Assembly (NCBI GenBank): GCA_046757885.1
Contig: JBHHZD010000008.1
Location: forward strand, 4,363-68,362
Direction of reading: 5' to 3'
Length of the DNA stretch: 64,000 nucleotides
Source of the DNA: Gemmatimonadota bacterium
Lineage (GTDB): Bacteria; Gemmatimonadota; Gemmatimonadetes; Palauibacterales; Palauibacteraceae
Shown here: positions 55,887-64,000 of the stretch, piece by piece
How positions within the stretch are numbered: position 1 is the first letter of the stretch
Layout: the number at the start of each line of letters is the position of its first letter
Notes under the pieces: generated by a model
Database searches by the model: none
Seen by the model: only the letters and a program-made list of their open reading frames with translations
What the model was told of the DNA's origin: nothing
Made by a program: the position numbers and the translations under genes

Positions 55887-56717
55887 TCATCCGGCGGCCG
55901 GGTTCCGTCCGGGGGTCGGATCGGCGGACGCGCGTCCCAGATCCCACGACCATCCGTCGTGCACGACCGAGACCGTCCCATCGAAGCCCGCCGTCCGCAC
56001 GAGCGCCGACAGGTCCCCCAGCGCCCGGGTCTCCGGGTACACGTGGGTGAGCGCCAGCACGGCCGGCTCCGCCGCGGCCCCCAGCCGGGCCACCGAGCCG
56101 GGCGACAGGTGGTTGTCTCCCACCCGATCGTCGGGCAGCGAGCACTCGGCGACGAGCACGCTCACCTCGTGGAAGAACGGCCCCAGCTCGGGAATCGCCC
56201 CCGCTCCCGTGTCACCGGTGAAGCCGAGCGACCCGGTCGGCGAGTCGAGCCGTATCGCCTGGCTCTCGTCCGTGTGCGCCGTCTTGCAGGTGGCGAGCCG
56301 AACGCGCGCTCCGAGCGCACCGCCTCCGCCGAACTTCACCTCCGTGATCCGCAGAGGAAACCCGGGCCGCACGAAGAAATCGCCCAGCGCCGCCGCCAGC
56401 GACTCGAACAGCCGCCGGGTCCCGGGAGGGCCCCAGACCTCCAGACCCTCGCCCGTGCGCGGGGGCTGGACCCCGTGGCGGAGCGCGAAGAACAGCCCCG
56501 GAAGTCCGCCCACGTGGTCGGCGTGAAAGTGCGTGAGGATCAGGTCCGTGATCTCCGCCCAGGGAAGGCCCAGGCGCTCGAGGCTCCGGGCGGCTCCGGG
56601 ACCCGCGTCGATCAGGATCCTCCGGTCGGCCATCCGGGCGTACAGGCACGTTCCGCCGCGCTCCGCTTCCGGGATGACGGTCCCGCTGCCGACGACGAAG
56701 ACGCGGTCCGCCCTCAA
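55887..56717 (-). CDS. MBL-fold metallo-hydrolase (RNase Z-like)
   Basis: VVGSGT, IDAG, THFHADH, FTGDT, ECS, H, LTH. TTG overlaps the smc stop. Confidence 0.88.
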   Translation of the reverse strand: MRADRVFVVGSGTVIPEAERGGTCLYARMADRRILIDAGPGAARSLERLGLPWAEITDLILTHFHADHVGGLPGLFFALRHGVQPPRTGEGLEVWGPPGTRRLFESLAAALGDFFVRPGFPLRITEVKFGGGGALGARVRLATCKTAHTDESQAIRLDSPTGSLGFTGDTGAGAIPELGPFFHEVSVLVAECSLPDDRVGDNHLSPGSVARLGAAAEPAVLALTHVYPETRALGDLSALVRTAGFDGTVSVVHDGWSWDLGRASADPTPGRNPAAG

Positions 56718-59700
56718 GCCACCTGTCCGGAGGGAAGGTCCCGGATCTCCATGCTCACGAGCGACGTGACGCCGGGCTCCTGCATCGTGACTCCGTAGAT
56801 CCAGTCGGCCGCCTCGATCGTGCGGGCGTTGTGGGTGATCACGATGAACTGGGTCTCGGGCTTGAATCGCTCGAGCATCGCCGTGAACCGCCCCACGTTC
56901 GACTCGTCCAGCGGAGCGTCCACCTCGTCGAGGACACAGAACGGGCTCGGCTTCGCGAGATAGATGGCGAACAGGAGCGCGAGCGCGGTGAGCGCCCGTT
57001 CTCCTCCCGACAGGAGGTGGATCCGCTGGATCCGCTTCCCCCTCGGACTCGCGGCGATCTCGATCGGCGAGTCCAGCTCGTCCTCGGGATCCTCGAGGCG
57101 AAGATCGCACTCTCCACCCTCGAACAGCGTCTCGAAGATGCGCTGGAAGTTGTCGCGGACCTGTCCGAACACATCCCGGAACGCTTCCGAGGCGGCCTCG
57201 TTGATGCGCCGAATCGAGTCGTGGAGGTCGTCGCGGGCCGCCACGAGGTCCGACTTCTGTGCCTCGAGGAAGTCGAGGCGCTCCTTCTCCTCGTCGTATT
57301 CCTCCGCCGCGAGGAGATTCACAGGACCCATCCGCAGCAGACTCGTGCGCACGCCCTCGAGCTCCTCGGCCCACTCGGCGGGCCCTCCCTCGCCCGGTGG
57401 CTCCACGCGCTCGCGAAGGGCCTGCAGGGATTCGTCCCACTCGCCTTCCAGGCGCTCCCGGATCGTCGCGCGGCGACCCCGGAGCTCCGTGATCTCCAGC
57501 TCCAGGACGTGCCTGCCCTCGGTCTCCTCCTTCTCGATCCTCCGCGCCGCGCGGAGCGCCTCTTCCCGCTCGCTCAGTTCCCGCTTCCGGGCCTCGAGGC
57601 GCTCTTCCACGGCGCGCAACGCGGCCTCCGCCCCTTCCCGACCCTCCAGCAGACGCCCGAGCTCCCGCTCGCCCTCCTCCGCCTGCGTCCCGGCATCCCG
57701 GATCGCCGCCTCCAGCTCGGCCAGCTCCCGGTCGAGGCGCGCCTCGCGCTCCGCCGCCTCGCGCTCGCTCACCGCCGCGCGGCGTCGCTTCTCCTCGAGC
57801 GCCTCGCGCTCCGACTCCGTGCGGGCGATCTGAATCTGCAGCTCGTGCAGGGCCGCGTTCTCCGTCTCCCACTGCGTCGTCGCCTCGAGGGCGCTCTCCC
57901 TGTGCTCGGCGAGACGGCCTTCGGCTGCCTCGCGCTCTCGCTCCAGCGCCTCGGCTCTCCCGTCGTCGCCCTCCATCGGGGAGTCTGCGTCGCGCAGCGC
58001 GGCCTCGAGGGTCCGGATCCGGGAGGCCAGCTCCCCCCTCCGCGCCCGGGCTCTCTCGAGTCGCTCCGCCACGATCTCGACTCTGAGCTCGGCTTCCCGC
58101 ACGCCGCGCTCCGCGGCCGCGACCTCCACCTCGGCCGCCTCGTGCGCCTCGCGGGCCTCCGTGACGGCCCGCTCGGCCTCCTCCAGCCCCGCCTGCGCTC
58201 CCGCCCGCTCCGCCTCGAGATCCGCCGCACGGCGCTCGAGGTCGGCGAGCTCGGACCGCAGAGTGAGAACGCCGCCACCCCCCTCCGGCCGTCCCACGCG
58301 CACGACGCCCCAGCGATCCTGGCCGCTGCCGTCGGACGCGACCCAGGCTCCGGACGCGGGCTCGAAGGTCGCATCGTCCCGATGGCGGACGCCGCCGAGC
58401 AGAGCGTCCAGCCACTCCCGGCCGGGCCCGTCCACCTCGACGCGGCCGAGGAGCGAGCCCGCGCCCGCGGCCCCGGCCTCTCCCCGGATCCGCGGACCCG
58501 GATCCAGCGGCAGCAGCAGCAGGGATCCGGTCTCCTTGCGGCCCCGCAGCCAATCCCGGACCTCCCGCACGGCGTTCCAGTCCCGTGCGAGCACGGCGTG
58601 CAGGAAGACGCCGAGACAGGCCTCGACGGCCGGGGCGTGCGCCTTGGGCACGCGAAGCGAGTCGGCCAGCGTGCCGAGGACTCCGGCCACCGCGCCGCGC
58701 TCCTCGAGGAGGGCGGAGACGATCGCGGGCCGCGCCCGCCCGGAGGCGAGGATCCCGCTCAGGCCCCCTGCCCGGGCCGTACAGCGCGACAGCTCGCCCT
58801 CCATGTCCGACAGGGCCTGCCTGGCCTCATGCACGGCCTCCCGGAGCCGGGTCCACTCCTCGTGGCGTGACGCGAGGAGCTCGCGAGCGTCCGCCAGCAC
58901 GCCTCGTGCCGCCTCCGCCTCCTCCTCCGCGGCCCCGAGGACGGACTCGAGCTCGGCCTCCGACGCCTCCGTCTCCGAGGCCTCGGCCCTTCGCCTCTCC
59001 AGCTCCTCGACCCGCTCCGCCGAGAGCTCGCGCCGCGCCTGGTCCTCGGCCTCGCGTGCCCCGAGGCGCCGCACGATCTCCGCCAGCTCCCCGAGGGCCC
59101 GCTCCTCCTCGCGCTTGCTCTCCGCACGCAGCTCCCGGAGCTCCGCCACCGCATCGCGCCGCTCGGTCAGGCGCGCGTTCGTCTCCGCGAGTCGCGCCGC
59201 GACCTCCTCTTGCTCACGAGCGAGGCCGGCGAGCTCCTCCTGGATCGCCGCCCGCCGGCCCGCGAGGCCCGCGCGCTCCTCCCGGACCTGCTCGAGCCGC
59301 GCGGCCGCGGCGGCGACCCTCTCCTCCCGTACGAGCCGGGCCCGTTCGAGCTCCTCCAGGCGCCTCCGGTCCGCCTCGAGTCGCGAAGCCGCGTCCGACC
59401 GCTCCCGCTCGGTCTCGGCGATGCGGAGTCGCAGGGCTTCGGCTTCCGTCTCGCGGCGGCTCAGGTCCGTCTCGCGCTCGGGACGCCCTTCCGCCCGCCG
59501 CGCGAGCTCGGCCTCCGCCTCCGCCAGGCGGGCCTCGATGTCCCGGAGGCGAGCGTCGGCGACCGCGATCTCGAGCACGAGCCGGCGCTCGCGGAGCTCG
59601 GCGTAGCGCCGGGCCCGCCCTCGCTGGCGGCCCAGCGAGCGCACCTTGGACCCCACCTCGCCCAGGAGGTCCTCGAGCCGCTTCAGATCGACCTCCGCCT

Positions 59701-60247
59701 GATCCAGCCGCCGAAGCGCCGTCCGCCGACGGTCCTTGTATCGACCGATCCCGGCCGCCTCCTCGAACAGGGCTCGCCGCTCCTCGGCGCGATCGCTCAG
59801 GATCGCGTCGATCATCCGCCCCTCGATGATCGAGTAGGCGTTCGCTCCGAGCCCCGTGTCCCGACACAGATCCTGCACGTCTCGCAGTCGGCAGGTGCGT
59901 CCGTTGAGCGAATAGACATTCTCACCGCCCCGATGGACCGTGCGCCCGATCAGGACCTCGTCGTGCGGAAGGGCGAGGCGGCGATCTTCGTTGGAGAGCG
60001 CCATGGCCACTTCCGCCCGGTGAATGGGCTTCCGTTCCGCGGTCCCCTCGAAGATCGCCTCTTCCATCCGGGCTCCGCGGATCGCCGTCGGGCGCTGCTC
60101 CCCGAGCACCCAGCGCAGCGCATCGGATATGTTCGACTTTCCGCAGCCGTTGGGCCCGACGATGGCCGTGATCCCTTCGTGAAAGTCGATGCGGGTCCGG
60201 TCGGCGAACGACTTGAATCCGTGGAGGGTGAGCGACTTCAGCTTCAC
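56714..60247 (-). CDS. smc: Chromosome segregation protein SMC
   Basis: GFKSF, GPNGCGKSN, long coiled coils, hinge, LSGGE, LDEVDAPLD, ITH. Confidence 0.97.
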   Translation of the reverse strand: MKLKSLTLHGFKSFADRTRIDFHEGITAIVGPNGCGKSNISDALRWVLGEQRPTAIRGARMEEAIFEGTAERKPIHRAEVAMALSNEDRRLALPHDEVLIGRTVHRGGENVYSLNGRTCRLRDVQDLCRDTGLGANAYSIIEGRMIDAILSDRAEERRALFEEAAGIGRYKDRRRTALRRLDQAEVDLKRLEDLLGEVGSKVRSLGRQRGRARRYAELRERRLVLEIAVADARLRDIEARLAEAEAELARRAEGRPERETDLSRRETEAEALRLRIAETERERSDAASRLEADRRRLEELERARLVREERVAAAAARLEQVREERAGLAGRRAAIQEELAGLAREQEEVAARLAETNARLTERRDAVAELRELRAESKREEERALGELAEIVRRLGAREAEDQARRELSAERVEELERRRAEASETEASEAELESVLGAAEEEAEAARGVLADARELLASRHEEWTRLREAVHEARQALSDMEGELSRCTARAGGLSGILASGRARPAIVSALLEERGAVAGVLGTLADSLRVPKAHAPAVEACLGVFLHAVLARDWNAVREVRDWLRGRKETGSLLLLPLDPGPRIRGEAGAAGAGSLLGRVEVDGPGREWLDALLGGVRHRDDATFEPASGAWVASDGSGQDRWGVVRVGRPEGGGGVLTLRSELADLERRAADLEAERAGAQAGLEEAERAVTEAREAHEAAEVEVAAAERGVREAELRVEIVAERLERARARRGELASRIRTLEAALRDADSPMEGDDGRAEALEREREAAEGRLAEHRESALEATTQWETENAALHELQIQIARTESEREALEEKRRRAAVSEREAAEREARLDRELAELEAAIRDAGTQAEEGERELGRLLEGREGAEAALRAVEERLEARKRELSEREEALRAARRIEKEETEGRHVLELEITELRGRRATIRERLEGEWDESLQALRERVEPPGEGGPAEWAEELEGVRTSLLRMGPVNLLAAEEYDEEKERLDFLEAQKSDLVAARDDLHDSIRRINEAASEAFRDVFGQVRDNFQRIFETLFEGGECDLRLEDPEDELDSPIEIAASPRGKRIQRIHLLSGGERALTALALLFAIYLAKPSPFCVLDEVDAPLDESNVGRFTAMLERFKPETQFIVITHNARTIEAADWIYGVTMQEPGVTSLVSMEIRDLPSGQVA

Positions 60248-61539
60248 TGTTTCTCGCCTCGTCTCGTCACCAGGGTTGCGTCCACGCCGGCCCGGGCGAG
60301 CAGCAGGCCCAGAGGCTCGGCCGCCGCGGCCGTCTCGTAGGCCCCCGAGTACAGATGGTATCGACGTGCCCCGTCCACCCGGATGGGCAGGACGTAGGCC
60401 GGCACGCCCGCGCTCCGAAGCCGGTCACGCTCCGCGGCCGCATCCCCGGGCGACGATTGCGAGCCGAGCGAATAGGCCAGCCGGACCGGCCGCATGTCCC
60501 ATGCGCTGGATTCCTCCTTGCGCCCCGTGGACACGAGCTCCTCCATGAGATCCACCGCCCCCTTCCCGTCCTCCTGGGCGCCGGCGAACACCCGGTAGTA
60601 CAGCTTGCCGCCGACGGGCGTCGGCGCGACGAAGTACACCGAGCCGCCGCTCGCCTCCAGGCGCCGCGTGCGATCCAGGGCATCGTCCCAATCCACGTAG
60701 CTGTCGATGAGCACGGAGTATGGAACGGCCGCGGAGGCCACGGCGCCCGGAAGCGATCGCACGTTCTCGAGATCCGTCGTGTCGGCGGGAGACCCGGCCG
60801 ACGCCTCGGGCGCCCCCGTCGCCACGGCGCGGGGGAGGGTCGCATCGGAGCCTCCCCCCAGCAACCTCCAGCCGAGCCAGACGAGCAGCGCGACCGTGCC
60901 CGTGGCTCCGACACCCCGGACCGCGCGCGCAAAGCGCGCGCTCGAGCGCCGCCGCCGGCCCCGCGCGCGCTTCGCGAGCCGGGGCTCCGCCGGTCTCGGG
61001 ATCTGCCCGAGGACGGGAACCGGCTCGACTCCCCCGGGGAGCGGCCCGTGCGGTCCGATGAGGATCCAGCCATCCAGGAGGTCCGCCGGGGGACCCGGGC
61101 CGAGATCCTCCACGGGAACGTACAGCAGGGCCGTGCCGCCGCCCGTGCGCACCCTGGTGACCAGAGCGCGGAGCCCGGGCGACGCCAGCGTCCGCTCCGC
61201 CGGGTCCGCGTCGCGACCGGCCGGAAGGAAGCTGAACGCCTGCCCCTCGCCCGAGACGGCCGTGTCGCTCACACGCGCCTCGCCGCGCAGGACGGCGCCC
61301 AGGCCTTCTCCCCGGGCGCCGCCGAGAATGCCGTCCAGCTCCGACGGCGAGGCCTCGAGCGAGCACAGCAGCGTGCGGCCCCGCCGTCGACCGATCTCTT
61401 CCGCCAGGGCGAGAGCCGTGCGGGCCGACCACGCGAACGCATGCGGCCAGCGCAGGAGGCCGATGATGGTCGACGTGCCCTCGAGCTCATCGGCCAGCCG
61501 CACGAGCGGCGCCGGCAGGACGTCCACGATTCGGGTCAC
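60244..61539 (-). CDS. Membrane protein: degenerate BY-kinase/MinD-like domain, TM helix, SPOR-like domains
   Basis: N-domain GEGLGAVLRGEA...FLPAG...LASP, Arg-rich stretch then TM (ALLVWLGWRLL), then YSVLIDSY...YYRVFAG and YSLGS...YHLYSGAY. GTG overlaps the upstream stop. Confidence 0.75.
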   Translation of the reverse strand: MTRIVDVLPAPLVRLADELEGTSTIIGLLRWPHAFAWSARTALALAEEIGRRRGRTLLCSLEASPSELDGILGGARGEGLGAVLRGEARVSDTAVSGEGQAFSFLPAGRDADPAERTLASPGLRALVTRVRTGGGTALLYVPVEDLGPGPPADLLDGWILIGPHGPLPGGVEPVPVLGQIPRPAEPRLAKRARGRRRRSSARFARAVRGVGATGTVALLVWLGWRLLGGGSDATLPRAVATGAPEASAGSPADTTDLENVRSLPGAVASAAVPYSVLIDSYVDWDDALDRTRRLEASGGSVYFVAPTPVGGKLYYRVFAGAQEDGKGAVDLMEELVSTGRKEESSAWDMRPVRLAYSLGSQSSPGDAAAERDRLRSAGVPAYVLPIRVDGARRYHLYSGAYETAAAAEPLGLLLARAGVDATLVTRRGEKQ

Positions 61540-63101
61540 GGGGCCCCTCCGGCTCCCTGCAGGTCCGTGATCTCCGTCACCCACGTCTGGAGGCGGCGCT
61601 CGCGCTCCAGCTGTCGGGCCGCCGCCTCGGCCGCCCCGCGGGACGGGTACGGACCCACGAGACCCCGGTGCCAGACCTGACCCGCGTCGTCGGGGAATCG
61701 CTGGACGGCCGTCCGGTAGCCGGCGAGATCCAGAGATCGCACGAGAGCCCCGATGCCCGCCGCAGATCGGGCGGATCCCACGATCGCGTAGAAGCCGGGC
61801 GCGACCTCCCCGGTTCGCCCCGGAGCCGGCCCCGGGGGCGCATCCGCGGCCCCGGCCCGGGCCGGTCGCCCGGGCGGACCCGGCGCGGAATCCACGGGCG
61901 CGGTCTCCGCTCCTCCGGCCGCACCCGGAACCTGCGCCACCCTCTCGCCGCGAAGCCGGTCGGCGACGACCCCCTCCGACGCGGGACGCCAGCGCACGGG
62001 CATCCACCAGTCCGCGGCTCCGTCTCCCAGCTCCACTCCCTCTCCGTTCGTATCCAACAGCACGAGTCGTCCATCCCGCTCGCCCAGGGTGCGCCCTCCC
62101 GGAAGCCCGATGGGCAGATCGGGCCCCCATTCGAGACCGAGGCGGGCAGGCTCGCCCCCGCTCACGGGAACGCGAACGACCGAGCCGCCCGAGGCGGCGA
62201 GGAGCGACTCGCCGAACAGGCTGACGCGCAGGCCATCGAGGGGCGCGGACATCGTGATCAGGGGTCGGATCGAGCCCGTGAACCGGCTGACGGCGACGAT
62301 CGTCGGCGGTGAGCCGACGGCCGCGTAGATCTCGTGCGAGGACGGAGACGCGAGCAGCGTCCCACTCTCGCCCCCCAAGGGGATCTCCGTGCCCGCGCCG
62401 AGGGGCCCCACGGTGAGCACCCGCAGCCGGCCGTCGTGTGCGCCCGTCCCGGCGAACACGAGCCGGCGTCCCCACGCCGTCACGAGCCCCGGTGGGCTCA
62501 CGTCGATGGAGAGTCGCTCGGCGGGCTGGGACTCGCCTTCCCGCAGGATCCACAGTTCGCGTCCGGCGTCCGACCCGACGAGGAGCGCGATGGCGTCTCG
62601 CTCGACCGGCGCCGCCCACAGCACGGAATCGCGGACCGCATACCGCCAGTTGCCCCCGGTGGAGATCTGGAGGACGGCTTTCGCCTCCGGGTCGAGAAAC
62701 AGCCCCGATCCGCCACCGGAGACCCAGCTCGCGTTGCCGCCGACCCGGTCCACGCGCACGACCTCGTCGGCCCGCGGGTCGAATCGGTACACGGCCCCGT
62801 CGGCGGCCCGCAGGACGGCGATCCCGTCCTCGAGGGCGTGGGCCTCGACCGAGGCCGGCACCGCCTGCGTGCCGGCCCAGACCTCCTCACGCGGGGCGCG
62901 CAGGGACCGCAGGCTCACGAGCCCTCCCTCGCGGGGGACGACGAGCAGCCCCCACTCATCCCGCGAGGTGCCCACGACGAGCGCCGCGCCGCGCGGCTCC
63001 GCATCCGTGGCCGGCGCCGGGGGTCGCCGTCCACACGCGGCGAGCAGGGACAGGAGGAGCAGGCCAGTCAGCTCGAGACGAGCGCGAATCTTCGGCCGCA
63101 A
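61536..63101 (-). CDS. Lipoprotein with beta-propeller-like region and C-terminal SPOR domain
   Basis: Lipobox LLAA|C, beta-rich repeats, Pro/Ala linker, FYAIVGS...WHRGLVGPYPSR-AAE. Start probably TTG 63101. Confidence 0.75.
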   Translation of the reverse strand: MRPKIRARLELTGLLLLSLLAACGRRPPAPATDAEPRGAALVVGTSRDEWGLLVVPREGGLVSLRSLRAPREEVWAGTQAVPASVEAHALEDGIAVLRAADGAVYRFDPRADEVVRVDRVGGNASWVSGGGSGLFLDPEAKAVLQISTGGNWRYAVRDSVLWAAPVERDAIALLVGSDAGRELWILREGESQPAERLSIDVSPPGLVTAWGRRLVFAGTGAHDGRLRVLTVGPLGAGTEIPLGGESGTLLASPSSHEIYAAVGSPPTIVAVSRFTGSIRPLITMSAPLDGLRVSLFGESLLAASGGSVVRVPVSGGEPARLGLEWGPDLPIGLPGGRTLGERDGRLVLLDTNGEGVELGDGAADWWMPVRWRPASEGVVADRLRGERVAQVPGAAGGAETAPVDSAPGPPGRPARAGAADAPPGPAPGRTGEVAPGFYAIVGSARSAAGIGALVRSLDLAGYRTAVQRFPDDAGQVWHRGLVGPYPSRGAAEAAARQLERERRLQTWVTEITDLQGAGGAP

Positions 63102-63270
63102 GGGAATTCCGTCGGGCTCCGTTGTAGCGGGACGCCGGCAACCGACATGCCGATCCAGACTTGCACACGGCAACATAGCCGGCCCTCGAAACGGGCCGCA
63201 AGAAAGGCGCGCCGGCCCTGCCGGGCCGCACGGCGGGGTCTTCGAACGGCGCGTCCGGAGGCCTCGCGGG

Positions 63271-64000
63271 TCAGAACATCTCGCCGACCGCCAGCGACCA
63301 GATTCCGTCTCCGAGGCCGGAGCGGCGTGAGGGCGCGACCGTGTAGTCCAGGCGGATGATGGCGAAGAAGATGTTCACCCGCAGGCCGACGCCGTACGAG
63401 GCCAGGGGCTCCCGGACCGTGACGATGTCCTGGCCCGGCTTGCGGTTCCAGACGAGCCGGTTCACGCCCGGCGTGAAGGCAACGCCGAGGTCGTAGAAGA
63501 TCGCCCCGTCGATGGGCGGGAAGTTCAGCGGCAGCCAGCTCGCGTTCAGGGGGTTGAGGAGCGGAAACCGGATCTCCGAGTTCAGGAGGAGGAGGCTGGA
63601 GCCGATGAGCTGCTCCTGCGCCGGGCAGAACTCGCCCGACCGGCTGCGGGTCTGCGACGCGAGACACTCCTCGATGCCGAACGAGCCGAAATCGAAACCG
63701 CGCAGAAAGTACGGCCCGCCCCACGCGAACTCGAACTCGCGGGCATCATCGCCGCCGTCGAGGCTCACGCGGGTGAAGCTCAGGAGGCGGTTCGCGAGCG
63801 AGAACGGGCCGATGAGCGGCACGTAGCTCCGCAGGTCGGCCGTGAAGTCACCGAGGTTCAGGTCTCCGACGGACGGCGAGGCCTCCAGGCGGAAGCGACG
63901 GCCTCCGATCGGCCCCGTGAAGCCCGGCAGGGAGTTGTCGTACACGAACGCCAGGCTGGGCTGGATGAAGGCCCGCGTGCGGCCGTTCAGGTCGGACGTG
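63271..64000 (-). CDS. Omp85/BamA/TamA-family outer-membrane beta-barrel (5' part outside the window)
   Basis: GGPYFLRGF loop-6 motif, NSEIRFP, FYDLG, YGVGLR, IRLDY, terminal GEMF. Confidence 0.88.
   Translation of the reverse strand, partial: TSDLNGRTRAFIQPSLAFVYDNSLPGFTGPIGGRRFRLEASPSVGDLNLGDFTADLRSYVPLIGPFSLANRLLSFTRVSLDGGDDAREFEFAWGGPYFLRGFDFGSFGIEECLASQTRSRSGEFCPAQEQLIGSSLLLLNSEIRFPLLNPLNASWLPLNFPPIDGAIFYDLGVAFTPGVNRLVWNRKPGQDIVTVREPLASYGVGLRVNIFFAIIRLDYTVAPSRRSGLGDGIWSLAVGEMF

Noticed and set aside
58270-58340. SMC hinge reading G-x6-G-x3-VG instead of GG
   Set aside because: A single substitution in a by-eye alignment of a variable region; too weak to claim altered dimerisation.
57400-59700. 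Repetitive GCCTCC/CTCGAG-rich DNA
   Set aside because: It encodes the Ala/Glu/Arg/Leu coiled coils of SMC and is not a tandem repeat or CRISPR array.

Overview
A very GC-rich (roughly 70% by eye) core-genome window, most consistent with a diderm Gemmatimonadota-like bacterium. That assignment is an inference from gene order and protein style. Almost all real genes lie on the minus strand: rsmH (truncated), mraZ, a TPR protein, tRNA-Val(TAC), rluD-lspA-dksA-like-ileS-PNP-like-divIVA-yggS, exbB-exbD-exbD-tonB, tilS-hpt-ftsH-folP-cdaA, rplM-rpsI-rpsB-tsf-pyrH-frr, a sigma70 factor, lepB, an aldehyde dehydrogenase, thpR, dnaJ-grpE, cinA-pgsA-mglA, recR-ybaB-dnaX-SRP RNA, yraN-aroF, and an Omp85/SPOR/SPOR/smc/MBL-hydrolase cluster. 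A mixed, mostly plus-strand block at about 29.6-46.6 kb carries pabBA, comM, a sigma54-driven type IV pilin, an iodotyrosine-deiodinase homologue, an EamA transporter, a YknWXYZ-like Yip1/MacAB exporter, bshB1, a cysteine desulfurase and mnmA. I found no CRISPR array, rRNA, transposase, integrase, prophage or defence system, and I cannot show a clearly new multi-gene system from sequence alone. The best leads are: (i) a membrane protein fusing a catalytically dead BY-kinase/MinD-like domain to SPOR domains, coupled to smc and a SPOR lipoprotein; (ii) an intact but catalytically eroded PNP homologue between divIVA and ileS; (iii) a GXHH-motif IleRS2; (iv) a leaderless ORF whose stop codon lies inside tRNA-Val; (v) an SRP RNA with a GUGAA pentaloop; (vi) mglA with no adjacent mglB; (vii) probable ACG and CTG start codons. 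All product calls come from motif recognition by eye, not database searches.
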